Source: Diadema antillarum (taxonomy: Eukaryota). Taken from it: a stretch of 64,000 nucleotides of DNA. The notes under the pieces were generated by a model. That model was given only the letters and a program-made list of their open reading frames with translations. It had not been told where the DNA came from and ran no database searches. The stretch spans positions 620,001-684,000 of the forward strand of contig NW_027271335.1 of assembly GCF_040938485.1 (NCBI RefSeq), in the 5' to 3' direction. A program made the translations under genes and the position numbers. The number at the start of each line of letters is the position of its first letter. The first letter of the stretch is position 1. Of this stretch, positions 55,670 through 64,000 are shown in pieces.

Positions 55670-57103
55670 ATGGCAGGTAAAAGTTTGAAGCAGATTGGTC
55701 AGGATTGGTGCAAGAAGGAGGAGATTAGAGTAGAGAATGCCCTCCTACTTGCAACAGGTATAAAGACTGTGCCAACAGAGGTGTTTGCACTGGCACTGTC
55801 AGAGTTATATCCCACATTACTTGAGGTGTTAAGACGGGATGATCCCGATACAGGGGAAACATTGCTCCTGTGTGAATTCGAAGATGCAGTTGCTATGTTA
55901 GGATTACAGGCACAGATTGTCATTCCAGTAGATGGGGAGACTATGTGCAGAGTAGTGAGGTTAGACGGTTTAGGACCAGTCAGAGGAAATAGGGTCAGTG
56001 TCAAGGACCTGAGGGAGAGAGGTTTAGTTAGGGAATGGAGAAAAGCAGGACGTAGAGCTCAGGAAGTCCAGTCTCAAGACATCCCTACTACTAACAACCT
56101 TCCACCCCCTTCCCCTGGTATCAGTGAACCATCCATGTCCTTCCCTGATCGAGACATCCCAATTTTAGCAGCTTCACTAGCACGGTGTGGGCTGACCACA
56201 GGGTATCGGAAACTGCGATGCTTCTCTGGTGCAAAGACAGCAGCGCGTGATGAGGATAGCTACCCCATCTGGATAGAGCACGTTGAGAGCCAGATGGAGG
56301 AGTGGCAGACTCTGGATGATGCTGAGCGGCGCAAGCGCATTCGTGAGTCATTGCGTCCGCCTGCGTCAAGCATCATTACAGACCTTAGGCGTGAGAATCC
56401 CCAGGCCTGCTCTGCAGACTACCTCAGGGCTCTGGATCTGGCTTTTGGCGATACTGACACAGATGATGAACTGTTTGTCAGATTTCATCAGACAGTCCAG
56501 GCTGAAGGTGAGTCTCCCTCTGAGTATCTTTCTCGCTTACAGGAAGTCATGCGCCATGTGGTTAGGCGGGGAGTTGTCAAGCCACATGACGCCAACAAGG
56601 TGAGACTGCGACAATTCATCAGGGGCATCCTCTACCATGAAATGCTCCTAGTAAACCTACAGCTCAGGGAGCGCCTGGAGAAACCACCATCCTTCCTGGA
56701 ACTCCTGTCTTCAGTGAGGAAGCAGGAAGAAGAGGAAAGGGTGAAGAAATCTCTGTCTGCCTCGAGACCCCCCGTTAGCCCAAAACCAAAGCAGGCTGCC
56801 CACCGTAAGGTAGAGCCCTCTATTCTGCCACCCCACGCAGCCCCTCAACCCCATGTCCTTCCCCAACCAGCACCTCCACCAGCACCCCAACCCACCAATA
56901 ATCCCCCCAAATCTCAGTCGTCCCAGCAGAGTAATACTGGTGTTGTTTGCTTCAAGTGTGGAGAGGAGGGCCATATCAGTAGAAATTGCCAAAATTCTGT
57001 TCCCCCTGACGTACTGAGTAAAAGACTTGTCAACTACATCCTTGGCAACCAGGGAAACGAGAAAGGGCGCCTGGGAAGGGGAAACCAGGGGCCCCAAAAA
57101 TAG
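55670..57103 (+). CDS. PNMA-like Gag, copy 4
   Basis: Same translation as copy 1. Confidence 0.92.
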   Translation: MAGKSLKQIGQDWCKKEEIRVENALLLATGIKTVPTEVFALALSELYPTLLEVLRRDDPDTGETLLLCEFEDAVAMLGLQAQIVIPVDGETMCRVVRLDGLGPVRGNRVSVKDLRERGLVREWRKAGRRAQEVQSQDIPTTNNLPPPSPGISEPSMSFPDRDIPILAASLARCGLTTGYRKLRCFSGAKTAARDEDSYPIWIEHVESQMEEWQTLDDAERRKRIRESLRPPASSIITDLRRENPQACSADYLRALDLAFGDTDTDDELFVRFHQTVQAEGESPSEYLSRLQEVMRHVVRRGVVKPHDANKVRLRQFIRGILYHEMLLVNLQLRERLEKPPSFLELLSSVRKQEEEERVKKSLSASRPPVSPKPKQAAHRKVEPSILPPHAAPQPHVLPQPAPPPAPQPTNNPPKSQSSQQSNTGVVCFKCGEEGHISRNCQNSVPPDVLSKRLVNYILGNQGNEKGRLGRGNQGPQK

Positions 57104-60100
57104 ATTCTCCCCCACTTGTTTCTAAAGTTGAGGTTTCCAAGAACGATGTTCCTGAAGGTTTAGTAGGAGATGCTATCAACCCAAAATGTTGGATAGATGG
57201 AAAGGAGACAAAATGCCTTCTTGATAGTGGGTCTCAGGTCACTCTTATACACAAGAGCCTTTTCGACACACTAGATAGGGAATTGCATGGACTGAGTGAC
57301 CTAGTCCTGTACCATGGAGGAGATGGGACTATGCCCTATCTGGGTTGGGCTTACGTCAACATAGGTTTTGAACGGTCATTTGCTGGCACAGGGACTGAGT
57401 TTAGTACATTGGCTCTTGTAGTACCAGACCCCCAGCGTCCCTGTGACCATAGAGTGATTATTGGCACTAATTCAGGACTTTTCAGGCACTGTTTTGAATC
57501 TTGTAGGAGGATGGCTGGAGCACGCTTTGCCCAGTCATTGCAGATAAGTGCTACCTGCAGGGATATCTACGCCAGCATATCGAAACAAGAGAAGGTGTCC
57601 CCTGATGGCAAATTGGGCACTGCTAGGACCAAGAAAGGACATAGCACGCAAATACCTCCCCACTCCAAATTGGTAATGACCGCCCAAATTAGGAATCCCC
57701 TGAAAGAAGAAATGACTGTTTTCGTAGAGTCCAATCCCCACAGCAGACTTCCAAGTGGGTTACACATAGCCCCAGGAGTACAAAAATTGTCAGGTGGTGC
57801 GATTGGAAAGGTAAGGGTGCTGGTGACCAATAGTAGCCCTGAGTCTATCACTGTCCCTGGCAACTGCCCAATAGTAGATGCCTATGTCCCCGACAAGTGT
57901 TTCCCTACCCCTAGTAGTTTTCCTACCCAGCCTCACAGTTACACCGAGGCAACCCATTCCCAAGTAGGTGCTAATGTAGGCGATAACACCCCTTCCCCTC
58001 AAGTTGACGTTAGTGAGCTGCCCATCAATTGGGGCCCGATTTCCCCGGAGTGGAAAGAAAGGCTGCTCAATCAGTGCAGGCAGAGGAGTGATGTGTTCTC
58101 CAGGCATGAATTTGACCTAGGCAGTACAGGCTATGCGGAGCATCAGATTCGTGTTAACGATGACACACCATTCCGTGAGAGGTCTCGGAGGGTGCCTCCC
58201 TCTGATCTTAGGGACTTGCAGCAACATCTTCAACAGCTGTTGGAGAACAACATAATTAAGGAGTCTAAGAGTCCCTATGCCTCTCCAATTGTGCTGGTTC
58301 GGAAAAAGAATGGTACTTTGAGAATGTGCGTCGACTACCGTACACTCAATTCTCGTACCATTCCCGACCAGTACACAGTGCCCCTGATACAGGAGGCCAT
58401 TGATTCCCTGAGTGGCAGTAAATGGTTTTCTGTTATCGACTTAAAGTCGGGATTCTATCAAATCCCGATGCGTGAATCTGACAAGGAGAAGACGGCCTTC
58501 ACTTGTCCTTTGGGGTTTTACCAGTTCGAGCGTATGCCCCAAGGGGTGAAGGGAGCACCAGCAACCTTCCAGAGGCTGATGGAGAAGTGCATGTCAGGTC
58601 TGAACATGTTAGAGGTGTTGGTGTACATGGATGACCTGATAATCTTCTCCAAAACGCTGGAGGAAATGGAGGAGCGCCTGGCTAGGGTACTGGATAGGTT
58701 GCAGCAATTTGGCTTGAAGGTGTCCCCAGAAAAATGCCAATTTTGCTGTCAGTCGGTTAGGTACCTTGGTCATGTAGTCTCCGAGGCTGGGGTACAGACA
58801 GACCCAGACAAAGTGGCCGATGTAAGAACCTGGCCCAGGCCACAGACAGTGAGGCATGTCAAGTCTTTCTTAGGATTTGCTGGCTATTACCGGCGATTCA
58901 TAAAGGACTATGCCAAGATTTCCCGTCCTTTGAACGCACTTACAAGTGGGTGCGTTTACCCCAGGAAGCGAGGACGTCCACCTCCAAAGAAAGATCCGAG
59001 CCCGGATGCACGAAAGGCAAGTGACCCCCTTGGTGATGCTTGGACTGAGGAGTGTGAGAATGCTTTTCAGGCTTTGAAGCATTGTCTGGTCACAGCCCCA
59101 GTCTTAGCCTTCGCAGACCTGTCAAAGCCCTTTGTGCTCCATGTTGATGCCAGCCGTGATGGACTGGGTGGTGTCCTGTATCAAGATCATGGAGGTAAGC
59201 TTCGTCCAGTGGCATATGGAAGTCGGGGACTGTCCCACAGTGAGAAGAACTATCCAGCCCACAAGCTGGAATTTCTTGCTCTAAAGTGGGCAGTTACCGA
59301 CAAGTTCAGGGATTATCTGTATGCAGCAAAAGGTGCGCGGGTTATGACTGATAATAACCCACTAACATATGTCCTGACATCGGCAAAACTCGATGCCACA
59401 GGACATAGATGGCTTGCTGCACTTTCCTGCTTTGATTTTTCCATCCATTATAAGCCAGGAAAGACGAACATTGAAGCAGATGTACTGTCACGGAAACCAC
59501 ATCCTCCCGGCCTCGACAAGGAGTTTGAGGCTCGCCAGCAGTGCAAGATTAGTGATCTGGAGGCAAGGCTGCATGAGACGTCAGACTCAGGTGAGAAAGT
59601 GTCCACACTCTCTGCCTTCTGTCAGACGCATTATGTTTCAGCCAACTCTCCTCATAGAAGCCAGCCATACGTTGAGACCCTGTGTGCCAGTGCAGAGTCT
59701 ATCCCAGGTCTGTATGCGAAGGGCTCAGACCTGAATGTAGTAGACTGGGCACAGGCTCAAAAGGCAGATCCGCAACTGAAACTAGTCAGGGATTATGTTG
59801 AACGTGGGGAGAGGCCACAGTCTTATACCGGCCTTTCAAGAGAGGCTGCCCTGATACTCCGCGAGTTCGACAGGCTAGTTCTGTGCAAAGGAGTCCTCTA
59901 CAGAACTTTCACTGACTCCTTAGGGAACCGCCATCACCAGTTAGTATTGCCTGCCCAGCGCCGTGTCGAGGCAATGAGGGGCATACACGACAGTGTTGGC
60001 CACCTTGGAATCGAGAAGTCCATAGCGTTGGCTAGAGACAGGTTCTACTGGCCAAAGATGAGTGCTGACATTACGGAGTGGGTCAAGCATTGCCCTCGTT

Positions 60101-60606
60101 GTATAGCAAGAAAGACTCCTCCAAAGCCAGCAGCCCCATTGGTGAGTATTCACACAACCAGCCCCCTGGAGCTGGTTTGCATGGACTTTCTCTCCCTAGA
60201 ACCAGACCGCTCGAATAAGAAGTCTATCTTGGTAGTGACGGATCACTACACACGATACGCACAAGCCTTCCCAACGAAGGATCAGACTGCTGCCACTGTC
60301 GCCAAGGTCCTGTGGGAGAACTTCTTTGTACATTATGGTCTGCCCCAACGCCTTCATTCTGATCAAGGTAGGGACTTTGAGAGTAAAGTGATCCATGAGC
60401 TGTCAAGGCTCCTTGGCATTAAGAAATCAAGGACAACTCCTTACCATCCCCAGGGAGACCCTCAGCCTGAGCGTTTCAACAGAACGCTACTGGACATGCT
60501 AGGGACCCTGGAGGAGGAGAAGAAGGCAAATTGGAGCAAGTACGTAAGTGCACTTGTACACGCTTACAATTGTTCAAGGAATGACAGTACTGGTTTCTCA
60601 CCTTAG
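57052..60606 (+). CDS. Pol, copy 4 (frameshift signal to in-frame TAG)
   Basis: CRQRSD as in copy 1, RPVAYG as in copies 2-3. Confidence 0.95.
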   Translation, partial: GKRERAPGKGKPGAPKIDSPPLVSKVEVSKNDVPEGLVGDAINPKCWIDGKETKCLLDSGSQVTLIHKSLFDTLDRELHGLSDLVLYHGGDGTMPYLGWAYVNIGFERSFAGTGTEFSTLALVVPDPQRPCDHRVIIGTNSGLFRHCFESCRRMAGARFAQSLQISATCRDIYASISKQEKVSPDGKLGTARTKKGHSTQIPPHSKLVMTAQIRNPLKEEMTVFVESNPHSRLPSGLHIAPGVQKLSGGAIGKVRVLVTNSSPESITVPGNCPIVDAYVPDKCFPTPSSFPTQPHSYTEATHSQVGANVGDNTPSPQVDVSELPINWGPISPEWKERLLNQCRQRSDVFSRHEFDLGSTGYAEHQIRVNDDTPFRERSRRVPPSDLRDLQQHLQQLLENNIIKESKSPYASPIVLVRKKNGTLRMCVDYRTLNSRTIPDQYTVPLIQEAIDSLSGSKWFSVIDLKSGFYQIPMRESDKEKTAFTCPLGFYQFERMPQGVKGAPATFQRLMEKCMSGLNMLEVLVYMDDLIIFSKTLEEMEERLARVLDRLQQFGLKVSPEKCQFCCQSVRYLGHVVSEAGVQTDPDKVADVRTWPRPQTVRHVKSFLGFAGYYRRFIKDYAKISRPLNALTSGCVYPRKRGRPPPKKDPSPDARKASDPLGDAWTEECENAFQALKHCLVTAPVLAFADLSKPFVLHVDASRDGLGGVLYQDHGGKLRPVAYGSRGLSHSEKNYPAHKLEFLALKWAVTDKFRDYLYAAKGARVMTDNNPLTYVLTSAKLDATGHRWLAALSCFDFSIHYKPGKTNIEADVLSRKPHPPGLDKEFEARQQCKISDLEARLHETSDSGEKVSTLSAFCQTHYVSANSPHRSQPYVETLCASAESIPGLYAKGSDLNVVDWAQAQKADPQLKLVRDYVERGERPQSYTGLSREAALILREFDRLVLCKGVLYRTFTDSLGNRHHQLVLPAQRRVEAMRGIHDSVGHLGIEKSIALARDRFYWPKMSADITEWVKHCPRCIARKTPPKPAAPLVSIHTTSPLELVCMDFLSLEPDRSNKKSILVVTDHYTRYAQAFPTKDQTAATVAKVLWENFFVHYGLPQRLHSDQGRDFESKVIHELSRLLGIKKSRTTPYHPQGDPQPERFNRTLLDMLGTLEEEKKANWSKYVSALVHAYNCSRNDSTGFSP

Positions 60607-61170
60607 TTCCTCATGTTCGGTAGGGAAGCTAGACTGCCTGTTGATCTGCGATTTGGCACAAGCCCTGACAATTTCACTGGGACTGACCACGTGAAGTACG
60701 TCAGTGGTTTGCGCGATCAACTTACGCGGGCGTATAAACTTGCGTCAGCTGCATCCAACAAGTCTGCCAGTGCCAACAAGGTCCGCTATGATGCGAAAGT
60801 GCGAGCCAATGGCCTGAAACCTGGCGATCGCGTCCTTGTCAGGAACGTTGGACTGACTGGTAAGCAGAAATTAGCTGATAGATGGTATGCGAACCCTTAT
60901 GTCATCACAAAGCGACTCAACCCTGATATGCCGGTTTACGAAGTTGCACCTGAAGACGGGATTGGTAGGACACGCACCCTACACCGCAACCTTCTCCTAC
61001 CCATAGAGTACTTGAATGAGGCCCCAGCCCATAACTCAGAGACCCAGAGACCAGGTAAGAAAAGGAATCCAGCTGATCGGACCCGTTCCAAAAGGTCCAT
61101 TGCCCCTCCGAGTGAGGAAGAGTCTGATAGTTCAGACTCAAGTGATGAGGGGTGTACGCAAGCACATTAA
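60607..61170 (+). pseudogene. Integrase C-terminal region beyond the TAG, copy 4
   Basis: Same as copy 1. Confidence 0.88.
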
Positions 61171-61753
61171 CCGCCCACATTCAGTACTTAACGTAAATGC
61201 GCCAGAGTTTGTCCCCTCCCAACCTCCCAGTATTCCCTCTGAGACTACCAGCGAGACCCCTGAACAGGTCAACACAGCTGATGTAGTGAGTGACACAGGT
61301 GTTTCCGGCGGTTCCGTTTTATCCCCTGACCCCACTACTGAGGAGACATCAACCGACTCAGACTTAGAGAACCAGGCTGGCAGTGACATCAGCATAGATG
61401 CCACAAGTGCATCCAGTGGTTCTGGTAGAGCAACACCGGATGATGCAGTACCCGATTTGAGAGGGGAGAGCATGGAGGAAGAGAGTAGACACACTAGCCC
61501 TTTACCCCCAGACGCAGAGTCCAGAGGTAACGCCCCTCATACTCTAGCAGAGCCCGAGGTTGAGCAAGCGCAAAATGCAAAGCAAGCAATCGATTCAGAG
61601 CCTGCCCCGCAATCCATCAGGCGCTCAACTCGCTCTTCAAGGCCGCCGCTACGCATGCAGTACGATACCCTTGGTGAACCCTCTGGTGCTAGGCAAGCAA
61701 CTTCATCAGGATTTTTTGCTGACCTTAAGCGTAAGATCTTTGGCTTTGATTAA
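61016..61753 (+). CDS. PAM2-containing Pol tail ORF, copy 4
   Basis: Same as copy 1. Confidence 0.65.
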   Translation: MRPQPITQRPRDQVRKGIQLIGPVPKGPLPLRVRKSLIVQTQVMRGVRKHINRPHSVLNVNAPEFVPSQPPSIPSETTSETPEQVNTADVVSDTGVSGGSVLSPDPTTEETSTDSDLENQAGSDISIDATSASSGSGRATPDDAVPDLRGESMEEESRHTSPLPPDAESRGNAPHTLAEPEVEQAQNAKQAIDSEPAPQSIRRSTRSSRPPLRMQYDTLGEPSGARQATSSGFFADLKRKIFGFD

Positions 61754-61783
61754 TCAAAGGTTCACAGGAGTGAACCCTGGTTT

Positions 61784-61795
61784 GAAAGGGGAGGA
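61784..61795 (+). other. Polypurine tract, copy 4
   Basis: GAAAGGGGAGGA before LTR 5. Confidence 0.9.
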
Positions 61796-64000
61796 TGTAA
61801 CCCCACCAAAATTTGGGTTACTAAGATTTCTCCAGAAATGTCGTCAGACTAGATTCCTACTTCCTTGGAAGACCCATGGTCACTGTTATCACCACCCCCT
61901 CCATTCATCCCTCCTCTGACGTCCGTACCCCACCTGTTTTCCAACAACCCCTCGACCAGTGTACTAGTAACCCCCAAGATTAGTCTTAAGATTTCCCCTT
62001 CAGCCTTTGACCCCAATAGCCAATGTCCAATTGTAAGCCTGTGTGTATTGAGACTGGTCAAGCCCTGTGAAACGCCCCTGCTGGTGTTAGACTATGTAGG
62101 TGTAATAAAACTCAAGGATGGAGCAAGCTAGCCAGTCTAGGGATATTGTTTTAAGCACCCCTCCCTTTTGTTGGTGTGTAGGCACATCAAGAGAAACGAA
62201 AGGACCATGTCTCAGAAGAGGAAGGTCATTCTTGCTAGGACAAAGTAGTAGTTGCTTTGGGATTTAGGGACAGTGTCCTACCATGGGCAAAGCCTATACA
62301 GAGTGGACTGGTTCTAACTGTAGACCAACATTTTCTGTGACAATGACGTAGAGTGCACGTCTAGCCCAAATTCTGTCCCCTCCTATTCCTTTCTTCTCAC
62401 ATACCCCCCCCCCCTAATTTCCAATGAACTGTTTAGGCTAGCTTTGCGTGTGCCTTAAAGTAGAGTAACTCCATACATTACTAGATTTACTTTGCTCGTG
62501 TTACCTTTTATATTACAGATACTGTTGTGCTACTATGATCAATGGCTGAAAGGATATGACTTTTTGCAAGATTATTATTTGATATGTCATGTGTTCAGAA
62601 CAAAGTGTGATCCACGCACTTCAGCATAAGAGATATGTATGTGCAGTGGTTATGTTTAATACATCATTTATGCAAATGAGATATAATTATGTCTCTATAT
62701 TCTAATTGAGTGCTTTTATGACTTATGCTATACGATTTGTCTAGTATGTTAACTAGATCGGTGTTTGCATGAGTATAAACAATGTGTTATATAGCTATGC
62801 TGGTTAGGCAGCAGCTCTAGTGACCAAGGTCACAGGAGTGCAACTTTAAAGCCCTGTAGGCAGAATGCTCGAGAGTGACTGGAAAGCCTGTCGTTACTGC
62901 CCTTGGTCAATGTTAAGACTTTGTCTGGCCAAGTGGATGGTCAGTACGTCAGTAATGTTCCTGGAAGTCAAGGGGAATGAGTGACCTCTAGCCAATGAGG
63001 CAGACTTTGAATGATGTCATAGAAACATGAACCAATGAAATTTCTGCTGGTCAGTTAACTTCCTGGAAGTTTCTGATTTTCTCGAGAAAGTTTGTAATAT
63101 TAACATTTTACAGAGAGACAGAAAATTATAAAAGCCCATAGCTTTGGAGCAAATAGGCATATCTGCTTCCTGCCAGCGCTTTGAGGCCTGCACCCACTTT
63201 GCTTGTTACATCGACTGTGTGATCCAGAAAGTTTTTTCACACATTTATCTGCTGAGAGGTTACCACAAAACACTGGTAGACCCCCACAAGCATCAGCTGT
63301 ATTGTTATATACAATTTTTATGTGCCTGTGATACAACTGGTTGTGGCACGTACATCCACTGACTGCCGTGTGGAGCAACTTGTAGTGAAAACGAGTGTTG
63401 GCTCTTTTGACTAGGTAAGTCATTGTATTTCTCATGTTATGTATTGCATTGGAGAGTGTTTGTAATTATGAACCCCAATCCATAGACATGGAGGTTGCTT
63501 GTTAAGAAGAAGACTCTGATATCATGTATATAAATTCCGAAGTTATCATATGTTATGCCAAAAGTATTGATGATTGATGATTGTTGCTTGTATATTATTT
63601 GAAGATATATTGCAATGCACTTCAAGGTATTTGCGCTTCGAATGTTTTATGAATGGACATGATTAGGCATACACTCAAGTTCATTATTAGACAGATGAAA
63701 TTGGGAAACTGACTTGGCATTAGAAGTCAGATTTTAATTTGATTACATACATATTGAAATGCCCGGTAGACCCTCACACTCAGAGAAAGTGAGGCTATGC
63801 TCGTAAACATTGAGGTCTACAATGTGCAGCACCCCCCCCCCCCCTCGTCTGAACTGACAGATTTATGTCCACTGACCGTTCCCTGTGAGTGACAGAGGTC
63901 ACTGCACTATTGAATTGTGGAATGTTTAACTCTAGAGGGGGAGGACTAGCCACTAGATGTGAAGAACCTTGCAAAGAACTAAATGTGAGGAATAGTTGTG
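61796..64000 (+). repeat. LTR 5 (cut by the window end)
   Basis: Starts TGTAACCC after the PPT; colinear with the other LTRs to the last base. Confidence 0.95.

Larger units (their letters stand above)
24374..64000 (+). mobile_element. Head-to-tail tandem array of a Ty3/Gypsy LTR retrotransposon with shared LTRs (4 internal regions, 5 LTRs, continues beyond window)
   Basis: LTR-PBS-gag-pol-PPT-LTR repeated with offsets 9250, 9391 and 9391 bp; internal region 6303 bp; a single LTR between units, no intervening host DNA. Confidence 0.97.

Noticed and set aside
1-64000. CRISPR array, rRNA or tRNA genes
   Set aside because: No short repeat-spacer array or RNA gene signature seen; the only tRNA-related sequences are the PBSs.

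Overview
Repeat-rich animal genomic DNA, apparently all transposable-element derived; I recognise no host gene. An invertebrate deuterostome is my guess from the element families only. From 1 to 24 kb it is a patchwork. It holds a decayed minus-strand Gmr1-type Gypsy element (gag/SCAN-PR-INT-RT-RH order, integrase core deleted in frame) and two related CR1/L2-group LINEs, one with an unusual hydrophobic repeat ORF1. It also holds a Harbinger-like MITE inserted in reverse into a copy of itself, a PIF/Harbinger transposase relic, and two tandem minimal hammerhead ribozymes 314 nt apart (Penelope/retrozyme-like). From 24374 to the window end is a head-to-tail array of a near-identical Gypsy LTR retrotransposon: at least 4 internal regions and 5 LTRs, each internal LTR shared between neighbours, with a period of about 9.39 kb. 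The LTRs are about 3.1 kb. They carry a STAT-type/CCAAT/TATA promoter cluster and a candidate 1.1-kb intron bounded by a 12-bp direct repeat. Each unit has a tRNA-Pro PBS, a PNMA-like Gag, a GGGAAAC plus pseudoknot -1 frameshift signal, PR-RT-RH-INT and a PPT. All four copies share an in-frame TAG in integrase and a +1 break that separates a Pol tail carrying a close match to the PAM2 (PABP-binding) motif. All calls are by eye from the sequence and ORF track; no database searches or folding programs were run.
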